Source: an uncultured Gammaproteobacteria bacterium
GTDB taxonomy: Bacteria; Patescibacteriota; Microgenomatia; UBA12405
Length of the DNA: 64,000 nt
Assembly: GCA_964503465.1 (NCBI GenBank)
Contig: CAZCYZ010000001.1
Span: forward strand, 405,898 to 469,897
Direction: 5' to 3'
Positions within the stretch are counted from its first letter, which is position 1. The number at the start of each line of letters is the position of its first letter. The notes under the pieces are model-generated. The model did not search any database, was not told where the DNA came from, and worked only from the letters and a program-made list of their open reading frames with translations. The translations under genes were made by a program, and so were the position numbers. Below, piece by piece: positions 49,697-58,623 of the stretch.

Positions 49697-49996
49697 ATGG
49701 CTCTAAAATTTACTCACCAAGATAAGGAATTTCTGGTTGGCGATACTATCAAAGTCAACTACAAGTTCAAGGAAAAAGACAAAGAAAGAATCCAGGCTTT
49801 TGATGGCATAATTATAGCCATAAAGCATGGAAACTTTATCGTCCAAAAAAACGCCACCGACAATGTCCGGGTCGAAAGGATTTTTCCCATCACTTCACCC
49901 TGGATCGAATCAATCAAAAAAGTCCGTTCCCCTAAAGGCAAGATTCGTCGCAGCAAGCTTTATTACCTCCGTAATCCTAGGGTAAAAAAAATCTAA
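49697..49996 (+). CDS. rplS: 50S ribosomal protein L19
   Basis: GDTIKV..KE.DKERIQAFDGIII, VERIFP, RRSKLYYLR. Confidence 0.95.
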   Translation: MALKFTHQDKEFLVGDTIKVNYKFKEKDKERIQAFDGIIIAIKHGNFIVQKNATDNVRVERIFPITSPWIESIKKVRSPKGKIRRSKLYYLRNPRVKKI

Positions 49997-50018
49997 CCTA
50001 AGTTACTCAAAAATTACC

Positions 50019-50090
50019 GGGTCCTTAGCTCAGTGGTAGAGCAGCTGCCTTTTAAGCAGTTGGTCGCGAGTCCGATCCTCGCAGGGCCCA
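50019..50090 (+). tRNA. tRNA-Lys(TTT)
   Basis: GGGTCCT TA GCTC AGTGGTA GAGC A GCTGC CT TTT AA GCAGT TGGTC GCGAG TCCGATC CTCGC AGGGCCC A. Confidence 0.92.
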
Positions 50091-50093
50091 CCG

Positions 50094-50357
50094 ATGTCAG
50101 CCTGGGTATATATTCTCGAGTTAAATAATGGTAAGTTTTACATCGGTAGTACCTCAAACCTCAAAAGAAGAATCTTTGACCATAATCACGGTAAAAGTCC
50201 ATACACCAGCAAGTTTCTCCCGGCAAAATTAGTTTTCAAAAATAAATTCGCAGATCTCTCTATAGCCACAAAGCTTGAGCAAAAACTAAAAAGTTTTAAA
50301 AATCGGAAAATAATAACCAATATTATCAATTCGCAAACCTTGAAGATGAACTTGTAG
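50094..50357 (+). CDS. Small GIY-YIG endonuclease (UPF0213/SLX1-like)
   Basis: WVYIL...FYIGST.NL.RR..DHN.G...YT...A...EQKLK. Confidence 0.88.
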   Translation: MSAWVYILELNNGKFYIGSTSNLKRRIFDHNHGKSPYTSKFLPAKLVFKNKFADLSIATKLEQKLKSFKNRKIITNIINSQTLKMNL

Positions 50358-50414
50358 AGCAGTCCCGACGTATGTCGGGATTGGTCGCGAGTCCGATCCT
50401 CGCAGGGCCCACCA
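50354..50414 (+). repeat. Pseudo-tRNA-Lys: partial direct repeat with the anticodon arm replaced by a hairpin
   Basis: GTAGAGCAG (same as 50036-50044), then TCCCGAC-GTAT-GTCGGGA, then a 33-nt exact copy of 50060-50092, then A. Confidence 0.9.
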
Positions 50415-50415
50415 C

Positions 50416-51042
50416 GTGAACCTTTACGGCCTAATACTTGGCATCGCAATCACTATTGGCATTGAATACTTCAGCCATCACAACATCACCATCCCCAAAT
50501 CTCAAGAAAGCAAGTTTCTCCTAATCGGCATTATTCTTTCGGTAATTGGTGCCAGGACCTACCATGTTTTAGATTCCTGGCCTTATTACTCCCAAAACTT
50601 TCTTCAAATTTTTAATCTTCGAGGTGGGGGATTAGGTATCTATGGAGCTCTTATTTTTGGCCTGATATATATCTACTCTTACTCAAAAATACTTAAAATA
50701 AACTTTCTTGGGATCCTGGACACCCTCGCCCCAATCATTCCCCTCTGTCAGTCTGTTGGCCGCCTGGGAAATTTTGTTAACCACGAAATTCCCTATTGGT
50801 GGCTTGAATCAATTCTAAATCTCCTTCTTTTTCTCTACCTTCATTTTTTCCCCAAGCATTCCTTTACCAAATATCTTATCGGTTATGGTCTGATTCGCTT
50901 CGTATTTGAGTTCTTCCGTTCCGACACTTGGGCAATTGGTCATATCAAAATCGCCCAAATTATTAGTATAATTTTCATTGCTATCGGTATCTATTTTCTC
51001 CATGCTCAAACTAAAACAGCCACAAAACGCCCCTGTTATTGA
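50416..51042 (+). CDS. lgt: Prolipoprotein diacylglyceryl transferase
   Basis: YGL, IGARTYHV, GGLGIYGAL, QSVGRLGNFVNHE, RFVFEFFR. Confidence 0.9.
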   Translation: MNLYGLILGIAITIGIEYFSHHNITIPKSQESKFLLIGIILSVIGARTYHVLDSWPYYSQNFLQIFNLRGGGLGIYGALIFGLIYIYSYSKILKINFLGILDTLAPIIPLCQSVGRLGNFVNHEIPYWWLESILNLLLFLYLHFFPKHSFTKYLIGYGLIRFVFEFFRSDTWAIGHIKIAQIISIIFIAIGIYFLHAQTKTATKRPCY

Positions 51043-52798
51043 CACCATTATCTGGGTTTTTCGTCTAGTCCACTCTTTCAGTCCAATCCTCATCATCGCT
51101 GTCCTTGTCATTCAAGTGTTTGCCGTTACTATCCCCTTTGCCGAACAAAAATATCTTTCCCACCTTATTGACAGCCTAATTAACAGTCTTTCACAAAAGA
51201 CATCCACCTGGACTTCCGCCTTCACCATATTTTTCACTATCAGGATAATAAAAATAGTGTTTCTGCAAGTTCAACGTCTTTTGCAAAGAATCCTCGATTT
51301 TCGGGTTCAAAATGATCTTCGCAAGGTTTATCTTAATAAAACCTCAACCATCGACTACCAACAACTCGAAGACAAAGATGTCGCCAATCTTCTTTCCAAA
51401 GTCCAGGAAGAATATCAATGGCGCACTCGTCAAATTATCAACGATCTGTTTGAGGTTTTTGGTCAAATTATCAGTTTTACAACCGTTCTAATTCTTCTCA
51501 TTCCCCATTATTGGTTCCTCGCCCTATTGTTAATTGTTGGGGAAATCCCCGGACTCCTAATCGACAAAAAGTGGCAAAAAATCGACTGGGAAAATTTCAA
51601 CAAATACAACGAAAAAAACCGTCCTGCCTGGGACGTTCACTGGCAACTGTCAAACAAACGATTTATTGCCGAATTAAAAATCAACCAGGCTATTAATTGG
51701 CTTAAAAACAAATTCATCTCTGCCTTCGACGAATGGACCAATGTCCGAATCCAAAACCGAATCAATAAATTTGGACCCGACTTTGTCTCCTCTGTCTTTT
51801 CAATTCTTATCGGAGGGGTGTGCTTACTTTTTATTGTCAGAGATATCAACAACAACCTCCTTACCATTGGCATGTTCACCTTTTACTTCAATATCATCCG
51901 CAATACTGGCGACTATTTCGCTTCCATCCTCAACAGTTATGTTAGTCTCACTGAACAAGTACTTCATATCAACAACTTTCGCAAAATTATTGACCTCCCC
52001 GATATCATTAAAAACGGCAAAATTAAGACCGGTCTTAAAACAATCAATTCGATTGAGTTCAGAAACGTTAGCTTTAAATATCCTCACAGTCACAAGTTCG
52101 TCTTTAAGAATCTCAATTTGATCATCAAACCAGAAGAAGAAATCGCCCTAGTTGGTCAAAACGGTGCCGGTAAAACTACTCTCGTCAAGCTTCTCTGTCG
52201 CTTTTATGATCCTACCCGGGGCCACATACTCGTCAACGGCACCGACCTCCGTTTATACGACTTAGGCTACTGGTACCAATCTTTGTCTCTGTTAACTCAA
52301 GAATTCAATATTTATCAAAACCTAAACCTTCGAGAAAATGTTCAAATCGGCAACGTCAAAAAGGCTGACGACAAATCAATTATCTCCTCTCTTAAAAAAT
52401 CTGAGGCCTATGATTTTATAAAAATATACAAAAATGGCCTAGATACCCCCATGGGCCAACGTTATGGAGGGGAGGAACCCAGTTGGGGCCAATGGCAAAA
52501 AATAGCCATTGCTCGTACCTTCCACCGAGACGCCCAACTAATGATCCTCGATGAGCCAACCGCTTCAATCGATGCCGTTGCCGAAAGCAAAATCTTTGAC
52601 CGACTCTATAAACAAACCAGTCACAAAATCCTCATTATTATTTCCCACCGCTTCTCTACTGTTCGCAACGCCAAGCGAATCATCGTTATCGACAAGGGCC
52701 AAATAATAGAGCAGGGCAGTCACCAGGAACTTCTCCAACTTCAAGGCTTATATGCTAAATCCTTCAAACTTCAAGCCAAAGGATACCTTACCAGTTAA
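51002..52798 (+). CDS. ABC transporter, fused permease/ATP-binding protein
   Basis: TM domain plus GQNGAGKTT, PSWGQWQKIAIAR, ILDEPT, ISHR. Confidence 0.9.
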   Translation: MLKLKQPQNAPVIDTIIWVFRLVHSFSPILIIAVLVIQVFAVTIPFAEQKYLSHLIDSLINSLSQKTSTWTSAFTIFFTIRIIKIVFLQVQRLLQRILDFRVQNDLRKVYLNKTSTIDYQQLEDKDVANLLSKVQEEYQWRTRQIINDLFEVFGQIISFTTVLILLIPHYWFLALLLIVGEIPGLLIDKKWQKIDWENFNKYNEKNRPAWDVHWQLSNKRFIAELKINQAINWLKNKFISAFDEWTNVRIQNRINKFGPDFVSSVFSILIGGVCLLFIVRDINNNLLTIGMFTFYFNIIRNTGDYFASILNSYVSLTEQVLHINNFRKIIDLPDIIKNGKIKTGLKTINSIEFRNVSFKYPHSHKFVFKNLNLIIKPEEEIALVGQNGAGKTTLVKLLCRFYDPTRGHILVNGTDLRLYDLGYWYQSLSLLTQEFNIYQNLNLRENVQIGNVKKADDKSIISSLKKSEAYDFIKIYKNGLDTPMGQRYGGEEPSWGQWQKIAIARTFHRDAQLMILDEPTASIDAVAESKIFDRLYKQTSHKILIIISHRFSTVRNAKRIIVIDKGQIIEQGSHQELLQLQGLYAKSFKLQAKGYLTS

Positions 52799-53438
52799 TT
52801 GGCTGGCCACCGCTAAAAATTAAATAGGCATTTGTTTGTGAAAACGGTTTTGACCCAAAAAATCCTCCAAAGGCTGACAACGGTGACGGGTGAGCTGATC
52901 TGACTACCATATGCTTTGACTCATCGATAACACTACCTTTTTTTTGGGCATAATTACCCCACAAAATAAACACCAGATTTTCCCTTTGATCATTAAGCAC
53001 CTTGACCACTGCATCAGTAAATTTTTCCCAACCTTTGTTTTGATGAGATCCAGGTTGGTGTGCCCGAACTGTCAAGGTTGAATTCAACAATAACACCCCT
53101 TGTTCTGGCCACCTATTAATATCACCCTCCACCCCCAAATCACTTTTAAGCTCCTTGTAGATATTCACCAGCGATGGTGGCGCCTCAACCCCCTGATCAA
53201 CCGCAAAACACAAACCATTGGCTTGACCATCACCGTGATACGGATCCTGCCCCAAAATTACTACTCTCACTTGAGCGAACGGAGTTCTTTCAAATGCTTG
53301 AAAAATAAACCGGGGTGGGGGATAGACCGTTACTTTTTTATATTCCAATTTCACAAACTCTGCCAACTCGACAAAATAATCCTCACTAAACTCCGCCGCC
53401 AACACTCTCTTCCACGACTCCTCAATCTTTACATCCAT
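52788..53438 (-). CDS. ung: Uracil-DNA glycosylase family 1
   Basis: ILGQDPYH, PPSL.NI, GVLLLN, HPSPLS. Confidence 0.95.
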   Translation of the reverse strand: MDVKIEESWKRVLAAEFSEDYFVELAEFVKLEYKKVTVYPPPRFIFQAFERTPFAQVRVVILGQDPYHGDGQANGLCFAVDQGVEAPPSLVNIYKELKSDLGVEGDINRWPEQGVLLLNSTLTVRAHQPGSHQNKGWEKFTDAVVKVLNDQRENLVFILWGNYAQKKGSVIDESKHMVVRSAHPSPLSAFGGFFGSKPFSQTNAYLIFSGGQPINW

Positions 53439-53463
53439 TCACCTATCTTATCATCACCACAAA

Positions 53464-53661
53464 TCAATGCCCTCGCCTTATAAAGCCATGTCCACCAGTT
53501 AATAATGGGGCACCAGACGATCCGTGTACTACTCTCCTATCTTTCTGACAATTACCAACATGAACGTCGGCACCATAGTGGCCATTTCCTCTTCTTACCA
53601 CTACCAATTCAGCTGGCCTTTGAACACTAACAATCTGTCTACAAATTTCACACCTTTTCAT
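53464..53661 (-). CDS. Small hypothetical protein (CxxC at the N-terminus)
   Basis: Fills the gap between ung and the phosphatidyltransferase on the same strand; composition resembles other minus-strand genes. Confidence 0.4.
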   Translation of the reverse strand: MKRCEICRQIVSVQRPAELVVVRRGNGHYGADVHVGNCQKDRRVVHGSSGAPLLTGGHGFIRRGH

Positions 53662-53709
53662 TTTCTAATAAACATCTAACACACCAAATATACATTCATT
53701 ATACTCTTT

Positions 53710-54255
53710 TTATTCCCAAAAAGACACTCTTTCCACATCAACCGACTTGCCATACTTAACAAAAATAGCCACCTGCTCCATTGAAGCAATTATCCCAGCC
53801 AGTACCGACAAATACAAAATCCAATACACCGGTGGCCAAATCACTGACAAAAACAAATAAGTAGTATAAAGAACACCAAAGAGTTTGTTGGTATACAAAT
53901 GAAGAATTACTAGTCTCCCGGTAGTCAATAAACCCACAACCCAAGCCAACGCCAACGACCCAAAAGCCAAAAACCAATACAGTTCATAACCACGATAAAC
54001 CAACGGTTCAACAACAAAAAATGAAGCAAAACTCGACAAATCAAAAGCAATATCAGCATAAGAATCAAGCTTTGACCCCAACTCACTGGTGCAATTGTAC
54101 TTACGAGCAATCATTCCATCCAACACATCTGTTATTTTTCCTATTACCAGCAATACCAAAAACCAAACTCTCTGGTGCCAACAGGCAACCATCAGCAATG
54201 GTACCGATATCACCAGTCTGACAATACTCAAAAAGTTGGGTAAGTATTTAATCAT
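53710..54255 (-). CDS. CDP-alcohol phosphatidyltransferase (PgsA-like)
   Basis: LPNFLSIVR and D..DG.IAR....S.LG..LD..AD signature. Confidence 0.88.
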   Translation of the reverse strand: MIKYLPNFLSIVRLVISVPLLMVACWHQRVWFLVLLVIGKITDVLDGMIARKYNCTSELGSKLDSYADIAFDLSSFASFFVVEPLVYRGYELYWFLAFGSLALAWVVGLLTTGRLVILHLYTNKLFGVLYTTYLFLSVIWPPVYWILYLSVLAGIIASMEQVAIFVKYGKSVDVERVSFWE

Positions 54256-54262
54256 CAAACTG

Positions 54263-54336
54263 TGACCCCAGTGGGAGTCGAACCCACGATTACCTGGATG
54301 AAAGCCAGGTGTCCTAGGCCACTAGACGATGGGGCC
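54263..54336 (-). tRNA. tRNA-Glu(TTC)
   Basis: GGCCCCA...CCTGG CT TTC AT CCAGG...GTGGG TTCGACT CCCAC TGGGGTC A. Confidence 0.93.
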
Positions 54337-54380
54337 AAATTGCCTGTTATTTTATCAAAACCAAGGGGTAAAATTAAGAA

Positions 54381-54977
54381 GTGATCTATATCTTCCACGG
54401 TGACGACACCAAAACCAGTCGTCAAAATCTCCTAAACCAGCTCCCTCAGGACAAAAATCAAGACCTACTCCATTTGGACGCCAAAAATATTAACCTCGAT
54501 CAACTAAATAACTTTCTCTGTGGTTCCAGCTTGCTCTATGACCAAAAAGCTCTTTGGATCGACAACTTTTTTTCCATCCCCAAGCCAGTTCTTGCCAAAA
54601 TCACTCCTCTTATTAATCAATCCACCATCAATACTTATCTCTGGCAAGATAAAACCGCTACTGCCGCCCAAATCAAAAACTTTCCTACTGCCAAAATCAT
54701 ATTTTCCCGTCCCGATAATATTATTTTCAAATGCCTTTACTCTATCAAACCAAAAAATATTAAAAACTGCCTTCCCCTCTATCGCCAAGTTATTAAACTC
54801 AATTACTACGATCTTTTTCTTTTTCTTCTCAAAAACCAGCTCCGTAAAAACCTCAACCCCGCTCTCGTTCCAGCCTACCGACAACTAATTGAACTCGACT
54901 TTAATAACAAAACAGGCAAGCTCAGTTTCCCCAAAGAAATTGCCTTGGAACAAATCATTATTAATTTGACGCAATAA
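54381..54977 (+). CDS. holA: Short DNA polymerase III delta subunit-like protein
   Basis: MIYIFHGDD start, SLL..K, C-terminal L.ELD...KTG...LE. Confidence 0.55.
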   Translation: MIYIFHGDDTKTSRQNLLNQLPQDKNQDLLHLDAKNINLDQLNNFLCGSSLLYDQKALWIDNFFSIPKPVLAKITPLINQSTINTYLWQDKTATAAQIKNFPTAKIIFSRPDNIIFKCLYSIKPKNIKNCLPLYRQVIKLNYYDLFLFLLKNQLRKNLNPALVPAYRQLIELDFNNKTGKLSFPKEIALEQIIINLTQ

Positions 54978-54995
54978 CTCTGTTATTATCTTAAT

Positions 54996-55376
54996 ATGTA
55001 TCAGCTCGTTGCTAAGCCGTGGGGCGAAGAAATCATCATCACTGATGCCAGCCTGCCATACACCGGCAAAATTGCTCACACCAACGCCGGCCATCGATGG
55101 TCACTTCAATATCACGACCAAAAAATCGAAACAATCACTCTTACTTCTGGTCAAGCCAAACTCATTCTAAACGATCAAACTATCGACATGGTTGTCAATC
55201 ACGGCTACACCATTAAACCTATGGACAAACATCGCCTGATGGCCATTACCGATGCCACCACCATCGAAATATCCACTCCAGAAACCGGCACTACCTTCAG
55301 ACTCGAAGATGATTACCATCGACCAAACGAAACTCCAGAGATTAGAAGTTCACCCAATCGTGGCTGGCAACAATAA
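54996..55376 (+). CDS. Cupin (mannose-6-phosphate isomerase C-terminal-like)
   Basis: KPWGEE, SLQYH..K.ET, HRL, EISTPE...RLEDDY.R. Confidence 0.75.
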   Translation: MYQLVAKPWGEEIIITDASLPYTGKIAHTNAGHRWSLQYHDQKIETITLTSGQAKLILNDQTIDMVVNHGYTIKPMDKHRLMAITDATTIEISTPETGTTFRLEDDYHRPNETPEIRSSPNRGWQQ

Positions 55377-57636
55377 ACCTCACATTCTTTGGTTTAACCA
55401 AATTAAGTTTACCGATGTCGCTGATGTCGGGGGTAAAGGTGCAAATTTGGGTGAAATGTACAACCTGGGAATTCCTGTCCCCAATGGTTTCGTTGTCACC
55501 GCTGAAAGCTATTTTCAGTTTATTATCGAAAACAATCTTAAACCACAAATCAAAAATGTTCTTGATATTACCAACATTGACAATCCAAACGAACTCCAAC
55601 AGGCCTCCAAAAAAATCAAAAACTTAATCAGGAAAAGTCCTGTCTCCCATTCTACTGCTACCGAAATTATGAAAGCCTACAAACGTCTAAGCGACTATGG
55701 AGGCCTAAAAAACGTCCCCGTTGCTGTGCGTACCTCAGCCACGGCTGAGGATACCATTGACGCTTCCTTTGCCGGTCAGGGAGAAACCTTCCTAAACGTT
55801 ATTGGCGAAGCAAACGTCATCAATCGTGTTCGTGATTGTTGGGCCAGCCTCTTTACTCCGCGATCAATTTTCTATCAAAGAAAAAAACACTATGACCATT
55901 TTAAGATTGGTGTTGCCGTTCCAGTTCAAAAACTTGTCAATTCTGATATATCCGGAATAGTTTTCACTATTAACCCAGTTACCAACAACAAGTCCCAAAT
56001 AATAGTTGAAACTATTTGGGGACTAGGTGAATACATAGTTCAAGGCAAGGTAACCCCTGATCAACACATTATTGACAAAGTTAACTGGAAAATAATATCC
56101 CAAAATCATACTCATCAAGATATCAAATTAGTTCGTGGTGATGATGAGACCAAGGAAGTCAATGTTCTCAAAAAATTCCAGGACCAAGCTAAAATAACCC
56201 CCGAGATGGCTATTAAGATTGCCAAAATATCCCAAAAACTTCACGACCACTACGGTAAACCTCAAGACATCGAATTTGCTATCGAAAAAGGTAAATTGTT
56301 TATCGTCCAAACCAGGCCAATTACTACTATTGCCGCCAATCAAAAAAGTCTTGCAACCCAAAATCAAATCAACTCTCCCGCCGATTTTAAGGGTGATCCT
56401 GCTAGTCCCGGAACCGCATCGGGAGTTGTCATTGTCATCAAATCTCCCAAAGAAATTCAACGCGTCCAAAAAGGTCAAATTTTAGTTACCACCATGACCA
56501 CCCCCGACTTTGTTCCTGCGATGAAGAAGGTCAATGGCATCATTACCGACAAAGGTGGCCAAACTTCCCACGCAGCCATAGTCAGCCGTGAACTTGGTGT
56601 TCCCTGTATCGTTGGCACCAAAACTGCTACCAGAGACCTTAAAGAAGGTGACACAGTCACCCTTAACGGCACCACCGGAGAAATCTGGAAAGGTAACCTG
56701 ATTGGCCAAAACCCTACCATCAAAATTCCCAAAATTACCACCACCAACCTCAAAACCGCCACCAAACTCTACGTCAATCTGGGTGAACCCGACCTGGCCC
56801 CAGAAATAGCCAAAACCAACGTTGACGGTGTCGGATTACTTCGGGCTGAATTTATGATCGCCAACATTGGTATCCACCCCAAAAAAATGATTGCTGACGG
56901 AAAACGTAAATCATTTATCAACCAGCTGGCCCGGGACATAACTAAGTTTTGCAAAAGTTTCAATCCTCGCCCAGTTATCTACCGAGCCACTGACTTCAAA
57001 ACTAACGAATACCGTTTTCTAAAATGGGGCAAACTCTACGAACCAGAAGAATCCAATCCAATGCTGGGATTTCGGGGAGCTATTCGCTATATCAACTCAA
57101 TTGATGTTTTCTCCATGGAGCTTGAAGCTATTAAAATGGTTCGACAACAAAATAATCTCAAGAATCTTTGGCTAATGATCCCCTTTGTTCACACCCCCAA
57201 AGAACTCCAACAAGTTAAACAAATCATTGCCGATCATGGACTCCTCCGATCACCAACATTTAAACTTTTGATGATGGTTGAAATCCCCAGCAATGTCATC
57301 CTCCTCGACAAATTTATCGATGCCGGTATCGATGGTATTTCCATTGGCAGCAATGACCTGACTATGCTGACCCTAGGTATAGACCGAGACAATAGTGAGG
57401 TTGCCCCTAGTTTCAACGAATTGGATCCAGCTGTTCTTTGGTCTCTTAAACGAGCCGTTACCAAAGCCAAAAAACGGGGGATCACTGCCTCCATTTGCGG
57501 TCAAGCACCAAGTAACTATCCCGAACTCGTCGAAAAACTTGTCAAATGGGGAATTACTTCAATCTCCGTTTCTCCTGATGCCATCAACCGCACTCGCGAA
57601 ATCATCGCCTGGGCCGAAAAGAAAAAAATTACTTAA
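55360..57636 (+). CDS. ppsA: Phosphoenolpyruvate synthase
   Basis: VGGKGANLGEM, SFAGQ, QTRP, GGQTSHAAIVSRE, GVGLLRAEF, SIGSNDL; probable GTG start at 55360. Confidence 0.93.
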   Translation: MAGNNKPHILWFNQIKFTDVADVGGKGANLGEMYNLGIPVPNGFVVTAESYFQFIIENNLKPQIKNVLDITNIDNPNELQQASKKIKNLIRKSPVSHSTATEIMKAYKRLSDYGGLKNVPVAVRTSATAEDTIDASFAGQGETFLNVIGEANVINRVRDCWASLFTPRSIFYQRKKHYDHFKIGVAVPVQKLVNSDISGIVFTINPVTNNKSQIIVETIWGLGEYIVQGKVTPDQHIIDKVNWKIISQNHTHQDIKLVRGDDETKEVNVLKKFQDQAKITPEMAIKIAKISQKLHDHYGKPQDIEFAIEKGKLFIVQTRPITTIAANQKSLATQNQINSPADFKGDPASPGTASGVVIVIKSPKEIQRVQKGQILVTTMTTPDFVPAMKKVNGIITDKGGQTSHAAIVSRELGVPCIVGTKTATRDLKEGDTVTLNGTTGEIWKGNLIGQNPTIKIPKITTTNLKTATKLYVNLGEPDLAPEIAKTNVDGVGLLRAEFMIANIGIHPKKMIADGKRKSFINQLARDITKFCKSFNPRPVIYRATDFKTNEYRFLKWGKLYEPEESNPMLGFRGAIRYINSIDVFSMELEAIKMVRQQNNLKNLWLMIPFVHTPKELQQVKQIIADHGLLRSPTFKLLMMVEIPSNVILLDKFIDAGIDGISIGSNDLTMLTLGIDRDNSEVAPSFNELDPAVLWSLKRAVTKAKKRGITASICGQAPSNYPELVEKLVKWGITSISVSPDAINRTREIIAWAEKKKIT

Positions 57637-57637
57637 T

Positions 57638-57976
57638 TTAAGAACGAAATCGTTTAACCACTACGGGTTTATAGTCTCCACTCTCAGTAACTGTTAGTTC
57701 CTGACCATCACGCAAAGTTACTCCCAACGCACCACCAGGTTCAAGCTTCATCTCGACCCCCCCCACTGAAAACTCTGCACCTTTAGACTCTGGACCTCTA
57801 CGTATCCCAACGTATGTAAATTCAGCTGTGTCCGTCACCAGCCCAACTGGCCCGCTTGCATCAGGTAGATCTGCATAACGTTTCCTGTTTGGCGCTCTAA
57901 AACTATTACGCTGAGACCCTTCAATCAAACGAACAGTACTTCCATCCCTTAAAACAATTTCTGTTACCATACACAC
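57638..57976 (-). CDS. Hypothetical protein
   Basis: Co-oriented with and directly downstream of rsmI; fills the gap. Confidence 0.5.
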   Translation of the reverse strand: MCMVTEIVLRDGSTVRLIEGSQRNSFRAPNRKRYADLPDASGPVGLVTDTAEFTYVGIRRGPESKGAEFSVGGVEMKLEPGGALGVTLRDGQELTVTESGDYKPVVVKRFRS

Positions 57977-57987
57977 ACATTATATAC

Positions 57988-58620
57988 TTAAACCCATAAT
58001 ATTACAACTTCCCCCCTTACATCCCCACCCCACTGGTTCTTAATCTCTTCATGTACCTTGGTCATCTCCCGAATTATCCTAAACTCTCCAACACCCAGCT
58101 CTTCAATTTCCTTAATCAATTTTTCTACTCTCCGAGGTGATTCAAACACCACTTTTGCCCCCTCTACCTGACTATATTTTTCCAATATCTTTTTTCTTTC
58201 CCCTGGTTTTTTTGGTAAGAACCCCAAAAAACTAAACCTACCAGTCGGTAAACCGGATAATACTAAAGCATTAGTAATCGCACTTGGCCCAGGCAAGGCA
58301 GTATATTTAATTCCCAATTTTTGACATTTTTTGACTAGCTTCCACCCAGGGTCAGAGAGTAGGGGAGTGCCGGCATCCGAAACCAAACCTACCTCTAAAC
58401 CATCATTCAGCCACTCTATCACTTGAGGAATTTTCTGTTCCTCCACTTCATCATAAACAGCCACCAATCGAGGCTTATTTTTTATTTTTAAAAGCCTAAG
58501 TAGATTTCCTGTTACGCGAGTGTCCTCACAAAGCAAAACATCCACCTTCTCCAATGTCTCCATTGCCCTTAAGGTCACATCACCCAAATTCCCAATTGGG
58601 GTAGAAATTATATACAACAT
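57988..58620 (-). CDS. rsmI: 16S rRNA Cm1402 methyltransferase
   Basis: LYIISTPIGNLGD, CEDTR, VSDAGTP..SDPG, PGPSA, FESP.R, REMTK.HEE. Confidence 0.95.
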   Translation of the reverse strand: MLYIISTPIGNLGDVTLRAMETLEKVDVLLCEDTRVTGNLLRLLKIKNKPRLVAVYDEVEEQKIPQVIEWLNDGLEVGLVSDAGTPLLSDPGWKLVKKCQKLGIKYTALPGPSAITNALVLSGLPTGRFSFLGFLPKKPGERKKILEKYSQVEGAKVVFESPRRVEKLIKEIEELGVGEFRIIREMTKVHEEIKNQWGGDVRGEVVILWV

Positions 58621-58623
58621 TTT

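Noticed and set aside
50019-50414. Prophage/integrative-element att site or tRNA intron
   Set aside because: There is no integrase, the cargo is only ~260 bp, the upstream tRNA is already intact, and the repeat is interrupted precisely at the anticodon arm.
50186-50449. 87-aa antisense ORF over the GIY-YIG gene and pseudo-tRNA
   Set aside because: Shadow ORF with no recognisable motifs.
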